The notes under the pieces: model-generated
What the model was told of the DNA's origin: nothing
Databases searched by the model: none
The model's input: only the letters and a program-made list of their open reading frames with translations
Program-made: the position numbers and the translations under genes
Part shown: piece after piece, positions 39,490-49,045 of the stretch
Layout: each line of letters begins with the position of its first letter
Position numbering within the stretch: the stretch's first letter is position 1
Sequence record: OZ035771.1
DNA: 64,000 nucleotides
Origin: Phapecoctavirus DIJ07P2
Direction: 5' to 3' (one strand)

Positions 39490-40422
39490 TTAGAAGCAAT
39501 GCAGGAAGTTTCTACCATATTGCAGTCCAATAGGGGCAAATGGAATATCATCGTCGAAGTCCATTGGAGGTTCTTCTTGATTACTTGGAGTTGGTTCTGG
39601 TTGTGGTTCAGGTTTCTTAACTTCTTTCTTCTCTTCTTTCTTAGGCTGTTCTGCGGAACCACGAATGGCAGCAGCAACTTTATCAGACAGAGCCAGAACT
39701 TTACGAGCAGAATCAATCAGATCTTCTACAGAGACAGTCTTAATGGTATGGTCTTTACAAGCATTGAGAATAGCGTGACCAACAGATGCCCCAAGATCAT
39801 AATCATTAATATCAACACCACGAGATTCAGCAACTTCCGATTTCAGCGTGACGGTTGCAGATTGAACAACCCCAGCGATATCGAAAGCATCGCCTTTAAC
39901 ACCATTACGAATCAGTTCCAGTGCACCATTTACTGCGTGACCAGTTTCCAGACCTACAGTATCACGTTTTTTATAGGACTGCTTAGGAGCAGCATCGTTG
40001 GAACCTTTATTGCCAGAAGATTTGTTAGACTTCTGAACACCATCGGTAGACAATACTGTAATACGAGATTTTTTAGTATTGTAGTAAGTCTTACCGCCTT
40101 TATTATCAACGCGATCAATATCAATACTTACTTCTACACCTTTTTCAATAGTGATCCAATTATCACCTTCTTTGACTTGCAGGTTTTCATAACCTTCTTT
40201 CAGTTCAATGTCACCAAGAGAAATCCAAACACCTTTCTCATCTGGTTTAGCACCTTTCTCTTTCAGAACAAGAGAAGCTCGGTGAGTTGAAACAATCGTT
40301 TTTCCTTCCCAATGAAAAGTTTTAGGTTCAGCGAATTTATCCAGTTTAACGTAGTCTACGATACCAGTTGCATAAGTTACGGTTTTGCCTTTACGATCAG
40401 TTTCAGTATTAATTACGGACAT
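39490..40422 (-). CDS. single-stranded DNA-binding-like protein with SSB-type acidic motif (DFDDDIPF) near C-terminus
   Basis: 310 aa with GAGGAG RBS; K/E/P-rich linker then PPMDFDDDIPF followed by a 15 aa extension (APIGLQYGRNFLHCF); first gene of replication module. Confidence 0.4.
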   Translation of the reverse strand: MSVINTETDRKGKTVTYATGIVDYVKLDKFAEPKTFHWEGKTIVSTHRASLVLKEKGAKPDEKGVWISLGDIELKEGYENLQVKEGDNWITIEKGVEVSIDIDRVDNKGGKTYYNTKKSRITVLSTDGVQKSNKSSGNKGSNDAAPKQSYKKRDTVGLETGHAVNGALELIRNGVKGDAFDIAGVVQSATVTLKSEVAESRGVDINDYDLGASVGHAILNACKDHTIKTVSVEDLIDSARKVLALSDKVAAAIRGSAEQPKKEEKKEVKKPEPQPEPTPSNQEEPPMDFDDDIPFAPIGLQYGRNFLHCF

Positions 40423-40438
40423 TATTATCTCCTCTATA

Positions 40439-40831
40439 TTACATTAATTTTGCACAGAAAGAGCGGAGTCTTTCCATATCATCTTGCTCTAACAGGTATT
40501 TACCTTTACCTATTCCAACTCCAATTTCACCATTAGGAAAATGAACTATTTGCACTGGGAAACCTCCGAGTTTAATTGTGGCAGCTTTGCCTTCTTCGTC
40601 TATAACGTTTCGGATTGTATCTTGCAGTGAAATGAATTCTTTGTTTGTAACAGTGGTTTCAATTATTTCAGATGTTCCAACACGAGCGGTTAGCTTCTTG
40701 TCGCCACCTTGAATAACCAAAATTTGAAAATAAAAAGAGTTGTCAAGACCTACAACATTTTTCTCAACTAGTGTCAAACTGGTGTAGTTTCCATAAACAG
40801 TTTCAACAGCTATCTTAGAACGTTCAGTCAT
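40439..40831 (-). CDS. hypothetical protein
   Basis: 130 aa ORF in minus-strand early/replication operon. Confidence 0.3.
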   Translation of the reverse strand: MTERSKIAVETVYGNYTSLTLVEKNVVGLDNSFYFQILVIQGGDKKLTARVGTSEIIETTVTNKEFISLQDTIRNVIDEEGKAATIKLGGFPVQIVHFPNGEIGVGIGKGKYLLEQDDMERLRSFCAKLM

Positions 40832-40876
40832 TGAATGCTATCCTATCATAAAATGTTTAATATTGTCAAGCTTTAA

Positions 40877-41470
40877 TTACCAAGGAATATCATCTTCTTC
40901 CAATCGGGTATCTACTTGAGGTGGACGTGGAACCTTAACCTCTTTCACAAAACGAAGATACGGGAAACGTGTAGCAATTTTAATAACGTGTTTGGCATCT
41001 TCTCTAACATCTTTGTGCAAGAAGCAGATCCCTGTTTCCAAAGTTGTTTCAAAATCTTTAGAGTAATAACAATCCTTTCCATCAAATGCAGCCTGGCAGA
41101 TGGACAGATCAAACTCATTTAGAAAGGTTGTCATTACGCTTGGTTCCATAATCATAAGGTTGCAAAGCTGACCATCACGTTCAAACTCAAAAACGTGTTT
41201 AAGACCAGTAACACCTTCATAATTGTCAGAAGCCTCTTTGTTTCCTAGTTTACGAATATTGGTTCCCATTAAAGCAGATGCAATTAATCCTTGTATTTGT
41301 TCTTCAGTCCGATGTGCAGGAAGGGACGTATAGAAATCCAGATCACGTCCAGCAATATCAAGAATACGCCAATCACGAACAGCACCGCCAGCCAAGACAG
41401 AATTAGGATCAGCGATCTTTAATACGGTAAGAATTTCTTTGGCAATATTGATTTGTTTTGATTTAGTCAT
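40877..41470 (-). CDS. minimal nucleotidyltransferase (CCA-adding/poly(A) polymerase head-domain-like)
   Basis: 197 aa; LAGGAVRDWRILDIAGRDLDFY matches the class II NTase signature (GGxVRD ... DxD); C-terminus EEDDIPW resembles an SSB-type acidic tail. Confidence 0.45.
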   Translation of the reverse strand: MTKSKQINIAKEILTVLKIADPNSVLAGGAVRDWRILDIAGRDLDFYTSLPAHRTEEQIQGLIASALMGTNIRKLGNKEASDNYEGVTGLKHVFEFERDGQLCNLMIMEPSVMTTFLNEFDLSICQAAFDGKDCYYSKDFETTLETGICFLHKDVREDAKHVIKIATRFPYLRFVKEVKVPRPPQVDTRLEEDDIPW

Positions 41471-41681
41471 TGATACGCTCCACAGTTACTTTTACAACAT
41501 CGTCCATATTAATCTCATCCCCCAAGACCTCAATAACACCTTCCTCATAAAGTCTAGCACATTCTTCCCACACTTCAGCTTCCGTCATTCCACCTGCAAT
41601 CTTATTTGCAAGACCTTTAATAACATCTTCATTTTGTTCATCAACAAGAATTGAAACATTAAAGCTCACTAATTTACGCAT
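41463..41681 (-). CDS. hypothetical small acidic protein
   Basis: 72 aa ORF, overlaps downstream gene start by 8 nt. Confidence 0.3.
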   Translation of the reverse strand: MRKLVSFNVSILVDEQNEDVIKGLANKIAGGMTEAEVWEECARLYEEGVIEVLGDEINMDDVVKVTVERIND

Positions 41682-41858
41682 TGTTTTCTCCTTATACTTC
41701 TAAACGGAAAGTTTCTTTAGATACAAAATCGTATCCACCTTTTTCAAGCCAATCATTGTAAACCTCATCGGCTTGAGACTCTATCATAAAATACCGAGTG
41801 GTAACTTCGTCTCCGACAATACGCACAATTTTATAGCAAATCATGATACCATTTCCCA

Positions 41859-42050
41859 TTAATCTTCCTCCAGATCAATTTCATTATAACAATGTATACA
41901 GAAACCATCATTGTGCATATGTTGTTCATAAGACATATCTTTACCACAAGACCAACAACGGATATCCCCATCGTCCCATTCACGTTCTTCTTCGCCTTCA
42001 AATTCATCTGGTAGGTAAGGCATACCAAAATAATCTAAATCGTAACTCAT
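41859..42050 (-). CDS. small zinc-ribbon protein
   Basis: Start at internal ATG with AGGAG RBS (MSYDLDYFGMPYLP...); CWSCG...CIHCY pairs of cysteines; acidic tail. Confidence 0.3.
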   Translation of the reverse strand: MSYDLDYFGMPYLPDEFEGEEEREWDDGDIRCWSCGKDMSYEQHMHNDGFCIHCYNEIDLEED

Positions 42051-42063
42051 ATCTTCTCCTATA

Positions 42064-42081
42064 AAGGGGCAGAAGCCCCTT
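42064..42081 (-). terminator. terminator downstream of DNA polymerase gene
   Basis: AAGGGGC-AGAA-GCCCCTT hairpin; on the minus strand followed by TTTATAG. Confidence 0.5.
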
Positions 42082-42099
42082 ATAAAACAATACGTTAGA

Positions 42100-44697
42100 T
42101 CAATGACAGGATGCCCAGGAATTACCCACATCATATCCGGCAGTAAGCTGAACATTAAGATTGTAAAATTCTCCAGCCTTAGTAACAGCTAAGGCAGCAA
42201 GTTCACCTGCCCGACTATAGGCTGTAAACCATCCACCTTTGGGAGATTCATGAATGTTAGCCCAAATTTGCCCTGTCTCTTTTTCCTTATTATGCTTCCA
42301 TTCTTCGACTTTAGCAAGGCATTCTTTATCAATCTTCTTTTGTTCTTCAGGATCGTCTACTTTCTTCCAACCTAATGATTCAGGTGAAAACCATTTAAAT
42401 TCTACAAGGTTACGAGAAACTTCAAGCTGGGCTTCATCGTGATATGCAATCATTTGTTGCACGAAATCTTTATTCTTCCAGTCATCTTTAAAGAAGTCAA
42501 CACTTAGTCCTTCTTCTTCGATCATGTCGTCATAAATAACCATTGCACGTTTAGCACAGATAACCCCACCACTTTGGAACAGAGAGTTAAGAATCGCGTG
42601 AGCAGAACGAGTAGGAACCTTACGACCGTCAATACCCAAAACATATTGTTTACCAGTCTTAACCCAAAAATCGTTTAAACGTTCTTTAAGACGCGCCAAT
42701 GGGAATGCAGCTTCCCAGAAAGCATCAAACACCAATTGACCTGTAAACTTATCGCTACCAATTGTTTTAGCAACCTTGTCGGCTTGTGCACCATAGGTAA
42801 TACCATACTTAACAGATTTAGCAGGACTACGTTCAAATTTACGTCCAATAGTTTCAGTGATACGTTTTGCCATCATTGTGTGAACATCGTTAGGTTTCTC
42901 TAACAACAGAGCGTTACAATATTCGTGTGGCTCCGGCTCGTACCGCCAACAGTAGTGTGATTCAATTTTTGCTTCCAAAGAGTCGAAGTCGTAGCCGATC
43001 TGGAAGTATTTAGGAACCTCTACACCAAACAAGTTACGCATCTCCCATCCAAACAAAGATGTGACACGAGGGATATTGGCTACAGACCTATGCTTCATAC
43101 GAGAGGTTGCAGCATCACATGTAGCGGCTGGGGTAGGAATACGCCCATCTGCCCTTACTGCGGCTAAGAAACCTTTATCGTATTCTTGATCTTCTTCATC
43201 TTCTTCCCAATCAGCACCGCCACCTAAAATAGAGTTCCTACGATGCTTATACGTTAAGTATTCTACAATCTGAGTAGCATAAGGAAATTTCTCACCCAAA
43301 GCTTGCAGGTTAGGACAAATTTCTTTTTCCTGACCTTTGGTAAAACATGGGTTAGTCAATACTTTAAGACCGCGACCTTTACCTTTTGCTATACGCTCTT
43401 GAATCTTCCTTTCCAAGGTTTCCGGTGTGCACTCCAGATGATCACAACGATCCTGACAAAAATTAGAAGATAGAGTTTGCTCAACGTAAGCTCGAATACC
43501 TTTCTGAAGTTCTTCCTCGCTCTTTTTAATCTTGGTGCCAGATTTAAGAGTCAAGTCTTTATCTTTATATTCAGACGGTACCCAACCTAATCCTACAAGC
43601 CAGTTTTTAATATGGGTTGTATCGTTCAATGTTGCAGGGATATTAGGATCACACAAAGGCTCATCTGCTGCAACTGGCAGTTTCCACTCTTTACCCAACA
43701 TAACTAACCACCAATCGCCATCCCTCTCTTCCAAATGACCATCATGTTTCTTAGCAAAATTGATCATATGGTTAGTTGGCTCTAAGTTCTTTTTAATTTG
43801 CAACTTAGGTGGAATAAAAGCCTTAAGATAACCTTTTGTTGCTGGTTTAGGTGGCAAAATAGGCTCAACGAGTAAACGAAGACGCTCCATTTCTGCATCC
43901 AAAAAAGCAAGGTTCTCTTCTGCTTGCTTCATGTTAAAAGCAAACCCACGGTGTTCCTGGCGTGTAATAATGTCTGCTACACGTTGTTCAAGTTCAAATG
44001 GACCTTCCCATTTATCATAATCACCCCATTCTTCCATGAGGTAATTATATACACTTGTGTTGGCTTTGTTATCATAGATACAGTAATAAAGCATATCCGC
44101 AGCAAAAGTCTTAAATCGATCTTCTTCTGGAATCTCTTTACGGAAATCTATTTTTACATCACCCCCTGCCTTTCGAGAAAGTGCTGCCAAGCTATGTCCT
44201 GATTTGCCCTCAATCTTTCGATCTGGGTTTAACACTTTACTCAAAATCAAGGAGTCAATAAGTTTTACCTTATTTTTGCCCCACGTATTATATTTAACAC
44301 TGTAATCTAAGCCATAAAACAGTTTTGTAGCCAACCAGTCATAGTTGATACCGTTGTGAGCCACAGCCATTTCAACCAGATATTCAGGCTTATCTTTAAA
44401 ATAACCTTCATGATTAATAAAGTCTGGGAAATCTTTTAGTTGAAAATGTGTGTAATCTTGCGCCACATACTCTTTAAGAACATATGTGTATTTACCATCT
44501 GACTCTTCATAAGGACGCCCATCAAAGATGTATTTAGGGCCATCGTGGAAAGCTACTATTTCTCCTGTTTCATGGTTCTCTAAGACAATACAGTGCATTT
44601 GAAATGTGTCTTTGAGACGATAAGGACTAGCTAAATAATCGATAGTATCATTATTCAACAATCCATTTGCTTCAATATCCCATGTAAACTTACTCAC
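42100..44697 (-). CDS. family A DNA polymerase (T7 gp5-like) with 3'-5' exonuclease domain
   Basis: 865 aa; N-terminal exo motif WDIEANGL; C-terminal region GIDGRKVPTRSAHAILNSLFQSGG...ending WASCH closely parallels the T7 DNA polymerase C-terminus (GLDGRKVHVRSPHAALNTLLQSAG...WAICH). Confidence 0.85.
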   Translation of the reverse strand: MSKFTWDIEANGLLNNDTIDYLASPYRLKDTFQMHCIVLENHETGEIVAFHDGPKYIFDGRPYEESDGKYTYVLKEYVAQDYTHFQLKDFPDFINHEGYFKDKPEYLVEMAVAHNGINYDWLATKLFYGLDYSVKYNTWGKNKVKLIDSLILSKVLNPDRKIEGKSGHSLAALSRKAGGDVKIDFRKEIPEEDRFKTFAADMLYYCIYDNKANTSVYNYLMEEWGDYDKWEGPFELEQRVADIITRQEHRGFAFNMKQAEENLAFLDAEMERLRLLVEPILPPKPATKGYLKAFIPPKLQIKKNLEPTNHMINFAKKHDGHLEERDGDWWLVMLGKEWKLPVAADEPLCDPNIPATLNDTTHIKNWLVGLGWVPSEYKDKDLTLKSGTKIKKSEEELQKGIRAYVEQTLSSNFCQDRCDHLECTPETLERKIQERIAKGKGRGLKVLTNPCFTKGQEKEICPNLQALGEKFPYATQIVEYLTYKHRRNSILGGGADWEEDEEDQEYDKGFLAAVRADGRIPTPAATCDAATSRMKHRSVANIPRVTSLFGWEMRNLFGVEVPKYFQIGYDFDSLEAKIESHYCWRYEPEPHEYCNALLLEKPNDVHTMMAKRITETIGRKFERSPAKSVKYGITYGAQADKVAKTIGSDKFTGQLVFDAFWEAAFPLARLKERLNDFWVKTGKQYVLGIDGRKVPTRSAHAILNSLFQSGGVICAKRAMVIYDDMIEEEGLSVDFFKDDWKNKDFVQQMIAYHDEAQLEVSRNLVEFKWFSPESLGWKKVDDPEEQKKIDKECLAKVEEWKHNKEKETGQIWANIHESPKGGWFTAYSRAGELAALAVTKAGEFYNLNVQLTAGYDVGNSWASCH

Positions 44698-45491
44698 TAT
44701 TCCTCCTTTCTAATGTTCTCCAGAACCCACTGAAGTTCTTTTAAACTTAAACTTCTTACTCCCGCAGTTTTACTAGCTTCAGTTTTAAGTAACGGGTAAG
44801 CCTCAATGATACGTGTTTTAAGATCAGAAGTCAAGGCTTTTAAAAAATAGGTAGATGCTTCAGATAAAGAATCTTCTTCTGTTAGCACTTTACCTGCGCT
44901 TGCTCCGGCTCTCCTAACGGCTATGTCGTAGTCTTTGCTGTTACCTAATACGAACAGTCGATTCTCTCCTAAAACAACGGGAGAACGCTTCTGGCTGCGT
45001 TTAATCCATATTTGGAATACACAAGGAACATCCCAAGGTTCTCCATGAAGAATAAAAGATCCTTTGGGACACTCTTCTTCGTGAAGAAGATGCATATAAG
45101 GATTTAGTTTGTGTGCAAAAAAGATTTTTTGAAATGTGCGAGGTAAGATAAAACAAATACCACCTTCGTTATCCAGCATTTCAGCGCAATGGTTAAAGAA
45201 CTTAATGGCAAGACTAGCGTTTTTTCCGAATGGAGGATTACCAACAAAAGCCGTTACACTACCAACAGACTCAACAGATTGAGCTAAAAAATCTGCCTCA
45301 ATACAATCTTCAAACTTAGGGTCAATATCAAAAGAAGTTATGTTTTTAAAGCAAGAAGAGAAAGCTCCTTCTCCCGCAGATGGTTCTACGTAGTTAGCTT
45401 CCTCTCCAAAAATTTCTTTGATCTTATCACATAAGAACCCCGCATAAGCGGGGTTAGTGTAATATTGATCAAGTGTGTTCAACTTGCTCAA
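44697..45491 (-). CDS. N6-adenine DNA methyltransferase (gamma-class-like)
   Basis: 264 aa; SAM-binding motif I VEPSAGEGAF followed by catalytic motif IV GNPPFG; stop overlaps DNA polymerase start by 1 nt (TAGTG). Confidence 0.65.
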   Translation of the reverse strand: MSKLNTLDQYYTNPAYAGFLCDKIKEIFGEEANYVEPSAGEGAFSSCFKNITSFDIDPKFEDCIEADFLAQSVESVGSVTAFVGNPPFGKNASLAIKFFNHCAEMLDNEGGICFILPRTFQKIFFAHKLNPYMHLLHEEECPKGSFILHGEPWDVPCVFQIWIKRSQKRSPVVLGENRLFVLGNSKDYDIAVRRAGASAGKVLTEEDSLSEASTYFLKALTSDLKTRIIEAYPLLKTEASKTAGVRSLSLKELQWVLENIRKEE

Positions 45492-45500
45492 TAGTCCTCC

Positions 45501-45932
45501 TTAGTTGTTAGCGAACTCAATAGTGAGGTCAACTTTACCATCATCAGAAATAACCATGTTTTTGGTATTTTTAAAGATGATATCTACTTTACCTTCACTT
45601 ACACGACAGAATGCAACACCATCTGCAACTTTATCGATATAATATTTGTAAGAAAGAATACCCACTTTACTACGACCAGCACCTTTTGTGAAAGAAGGGC
45701 TTACATCGAAACGGAAACCTTTAGAAGAAACAACACGGTAAGAACGTCCAGTTGGGATATGTTCAATAACAGAGACATTGTTCTCAACAACTTTTACAGC
45801 AAACTCTTCAGGATGATCCTCAACAATCATGTGTGGGATGGCAAATGCCAACGCTTGTTTGTGTTTAATAACACCAGCACCCAGAGCACCAGCAGCTTTA
45901 ACTTTTGCATTCAGATCGATTGTCATACGCAT
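45501..45932 (-). CDS. hypothetical protein
   Basis: 143 aa ORF between primase-helicase and methyltransferase genes. Confidence 0.3.
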   Translation of the reverse strand: MRMTIDLNAKVKAAGALGAGVIKHKQALAFAIPHMIVEDHPEEFAVKVVENNVSVIEHIPTGRSYRVVSSKGFRFDVSPSFTKGAGRSKVGILSYKYYIDKVADGVAFCRVSEGKVDIIFKNTKNMVISDDGKVDLTIEFANN

Positions 45933-46007
45933 TTTTACTTCTCCTCTTGTTTGGTTGATGAGACAAGTATAAGTCCCTTCCGCAAAGTTGTCAACAGGTA
46001 TTTTTAA

Positions 46008-46026
46008 TAAAAGGGCCGAAGCCCTT
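46008..46026 (-). terminator. stem-loop/terminator downstream of primase-helicase gene
   Basis: AAGGGC-CGAA-GCCCTT hairpin adjacent to the gene stop, followed on minus strand by TTATTAAAAATA; coordinates approximate (plus or minus 1-2 nt). Confidence 0.4.
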
Positions 46027-47803
46027 AGTAGTTGCTATCCGTAGGCAAATTAGCAGGATTGTTGAAATACTGCTCTTTGTCATGCAGAGTTGCAGTTCTA
46101 ATGTCATAGTAAAACTGCCCTGCTGGACCAGTCTCTGAGAACTCACGGTTTTTTAGGATAAAGCAATGAGTTGTATTACGTTCTACAGGGTCTTCAGCGG
46201 CTTTATCTCGTTCCAAAGCCAAAGTAATACCAGCGCCTTTAGCCAAGAAACTACTACCCATTGCATCGTCCTCTGTTAAGTGTTCATTGCCACCATTTGC
46301 CGATTTCTTAACGTGTGAGATGACGATAATAGTTATAGCATACTCTTTCATGATGCGCTTCAACCATGTTGCTAACTCTTCCTGGGCTTGAACATCCATA
46401 CCAGAAAGCAAATCAGAATAAGGGTCGATAACAAGAATTGTTACTCCAAAATAGATGATCATCTCCAAAACTTTTTCTTTGATAGACTCCACATCTGCTC
46501 CACGATCATCACACACATAAAAACGTGGTGATCCATCTTCTCTTTCGTAAAAATCTAGGATTTTTTCTTTATTCTCTTCCAAGATTTGAAATTTCTCTTC
46601 CGGTGTTTTCCTGTGTAGAGGAATATGCAGGAACGAGGACAACAGGTTACGAGAATATTTCTTATAAGTTGCTTCCAAGGACAGAATACCTAGGGTATGT
46701 TCTGGGTGCGCAACAATAATATGTTTGGTGATCTCGTTTACCATCAAAGTTTTACCGATACTGGTCTTTGCCAGGATGACTGTAATCTCTTCCTCTACTA
46801 AACCACCACCCAGCATATTTGCAGCAACACGCATAAAAGGAGGCAAGGTAATCATCTTGGATTCCAAGCATTCTAATGCAGCTTCATACAAGACATTAGA
46901 AGCATAAACACCTGCTGGGGTGTATAGACGAGCACTCCAAAAAGCTTTTACGAAATCTTTTGCACGACCTTCTTCCAGATACTGATTGGCATCCTTAAGA
47001 TCCATCTGCATACGGTAGACTTTGTTACGAGGCAGCACCTTAACAATATTTTCAAATGCCTCATTACCTGCTTTGTCATTATCCATGCAAACAATAATCT
47101 TCTTAAATTTTTCAAAGAAAGGGTATTGTGCCTGAACTTGTTTATACATACTGGTTTCACCAGTTGTGCCACTAACTACTGCTGGAAGTTCATATTTGTT
47201 GTCCAAGTTTTCAGACAGCATTTGATAAGCTGCCAGAGCATCGTGTTCACCACCTGTAATTACCACAGTATGAGAACGGTCTGCAAAACGAATTTGTCCA
47301 AAAAGATCTACATCTTTACCTACTTGACCAATAGGTTTACTGAAATCTTTAGGATGAATACGACGCTTAAAACCAACCAATTCTTTACCGATAGTAGTTG
47401 GATATAAACAACTTTCTACTACCATCTGATCCCCTTCCTGACGGTATTCATAACGAACACCATAGAAAGATGAAACTTTTTCTTTAATGCCTCGATAACC
47501 ACGTGGGTTGGTTGATGTTTCTTGAACAATTTTACGATGAATCTGTTTATTAAATTCCGAACCCACAATCTCCTCCTCTTCTTCTAAAACTTCACCATTT
47601 TCTCGTAACCATTCTACGCTAGGAATAGTGTATTCACACGCAAAGCACTTAGCACCTTTATGCTCTCCATTAGAATCTAATCCATAAACCATCAGGTTAT
47701 TACGAGAGCGATCCTTGCCATTTTTCATGCAGCGCGGACAACCTGTATGCCCTTCCTTGCTAAGATCAACATCAAATCCATATTTAGTTATAATGTGCGA
47801 CAC
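46025..47803 (-). CDS. DNA primase-helicase (T7 gp4-like)
   Basis: 592 aa; N-terminal zinc ribbon (CPRCMKNGKD...CFACEY); TOPRIM-like middle; C-terminal helicase with Walker A-like KTSIGKT and Walker B VIDPYSDL. Confidence 0.8.
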   Translation of the reverse strand: MSHIITKYGFDVDLSKEGHTGCPRCMKNGKDRSRNNLMVYGLDSNGEHKGAKCFACEYTIPSVEWLRENGEVLEEEEEIVGSEFNKQIHRKIVQETSTNPRGYRGIKEKVSSFYGVRYEYRQEGDQMVVESCLYPTTIGKELVGFKRRIHPKDFSKPIGQVGKDVDLFGQIRFADRSHTVVITGGEHDALAAYQMLSENLDNKYELPAVVSGTTGETSMYKQVQAQYPFFEKFKKIIVCMDNDKAGNEAFENIVKVLPRNKVYRMQMDLKDANQYLEEGRAKDFVKAFWSARLYTPAGVYASNVLYEAALECLESKMITLPPFMRVAANMLGGGLVEEEITVILAKTSIGKTLMVNEITKHIIVAHPEHTLGILSLEATYKKYSRNLLSSFLHIPLHRKTPEEKFQILEENKEKILDFYEREDGSPRFYVCDDRGADVESIKEKVLEMIIYFGVTILVIDPYSDLLSGMDVQAQEELATWLKRIMKEYAITIIVISHVKKSANGGNEHLTEDDAMGSSFLAKGAGITLALERDKAAEDPVERNTTHCFILKNREFSETGPAGQFYYDIRTATLHDKEQYFNNPANLPTDSNY

Positions 47804-47815
47804 TTTGTTCTCCTG

Positions 47816-48094
47816 TTAAAATGGTTCGTTAGTCTCCATCATATATTCTGCTTCTAGTTCTTCCATGTGCTTTCTAAATTGGAAAGCAATTTCTGCTACA
47901 GTTACATTTAAATCTTTTTCAAAAACTTCTGTAGATCCTTCATAAAAACGAATACCGTCAATTAAAAGCCCTCCGTGGTAATCCCAATCACTTTCACGAG
48001 AAAGCGGATTAGGTTCTTCATAATAGTAATCCACCTCCACAACCAAGGCTTTCCCGTTATGAGTGGTGTATTCAAAATCAAAAGTGTTAATCAT
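47816..48094 (-). CDS. hypothetical protein
   Basis: 92 aa ORF, stop overlaps downstream start. Confidence 0.3.
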   Translation of the reverse strand: MINTFDFEYTTHNGKALVVEVDYYYEEPNPLSRESDWDYHGGLLIDGIRFYEGSTEVFEKDLNVTVAEIAFQFRKHMEELEAEYMMETNEPF

Positions 48095-49038
48095 TATAGC
48101 TCCTCAAATAAAAGTCTACGACGCTCATTCAACACATCAATGTGATAATGAGTCCTGACATACTTAGCTAATGCTAATCCTTTCTCCATGCAAACATCGG
48201 GAGCACTTAATAAGTATTCCGTAATATCTTTCCACTCGGAAGGTGTTTCAGCAAAGAATAACAAATCTTTAAACTCTTGTGTATGATAATTCTCACGAGG
48301 AGAGCAGATTAAAGGTAAACCCTTAGCACCTGCCTCAAGAATTTTAAGATTGCTTTTTGCATTATTAAACACGTTATCGACCAATGGTGCAAGACTGATT
48401 TGATGACCATCGTAAGATTCCATGTAGTTGGCATATGGTCTTACACCTTCATAAACACTAGTTGGTGCTACATTTTCTCTAATTACAGACCATTCACGAC
48501 TACTTAAAACTTCAGAATCCCTACGAAAACCACATATTGTAAGATCTTTACCAAAATCGGGCAAGATAGCCAAATCTTGTTTATGTGTTTCACTTCCAGC
48601 CCAGACTAATGGAGTTTTGGAGTAGCGATCACGGGTCAACACAAATTGACCTTCATCATAAGGAAGTCCATTAGGGATTATGTGCACATTATCATTGTAT
48701 TGTGAAAGTTCAACTTGCAAGGCAGGTGTCGTAGTTGTAACAAGATCACTGTGCTCTAAAAACCATTTTAAATGTTCACGAATACCTGATTCAAAAATAC
48801 CTTCTAACATGTGTCCTTTTGGAATAACTAAAGAGTCATCCAAATCCATAACCATTTTAAAGCCCAGGTTTTTAAGGGCTAAAAAGCCCTCTTTACCTTT
48901 TGTTGGCACTCCGTTAAAAACGAAAACGTTGTGTTTAGGTTGTGAAGAGAACTGCCTTGAGTAAGGCAGCACTACCCTATGGAAATCGCAGACACTATAA
49001 TTGATTCCGTTATGATTGTCAAGAATTATTTGTCCCAT
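48094..49038 (-). CDS. glycosyltransferase-like protein, paralog 1 (GT-B-like C-terminal motif)
   Basis: 314 aa; shares CDxHR.V.P, DLDD, GQF.L..DR.S.TP.VWAG, APLVDN.FNN.KSNLKILEAGAKG.P..CS and HVRTHY blocks with adjacent ORF 49046..50032. Confidence 0.35.
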   Translation of the reverse strand: MGQIILDNHNGINYSVCDFHRVVLPYSRQFSSQPKHNVFVFNGVPTKGKEGFLALKNLGFKMVMDLDDSLVIPKGHMLEGIFESGIREHLKWFLEHSDLVTTTTPALQVELSQYNDNVHIIPNGLPYDEGQFVLTRDRYSKTPLVWAGSETHKQDLAILPDFGKDLTICGFRRDSEVLSSREWSVIRENVAPTSVYEGVRPYANYMESYDGHQISLAPLVDNVFNNAKSNLKILEAGAKGLPLICSPRENYHTQEFKDLLFFAETPSEWKDITEYLLSAPDVCMEKGLALAKYVRTHYHIDVLNERRRLLFEEL

Positions 49039-49045
49039 ACTTCAC

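Noticed and set aside
39346-40290. 314 aa plus-strand ORF
   Set aside because: Antisense to the SSB-like gene, low-complexity F/L/I-rich translation, begins inside the bidirectional terminator; read as a chance antisense ORF
42100-47803. Temptation to assign the whole phage to the T7 group because of the gp5-like polymerase and gp4-like primase-helicase
   Set aside because: The structural module encodes sheath, tube, tape measure and baseplate proteins, i.e. a contractile tail, so only the replication module is T7-like
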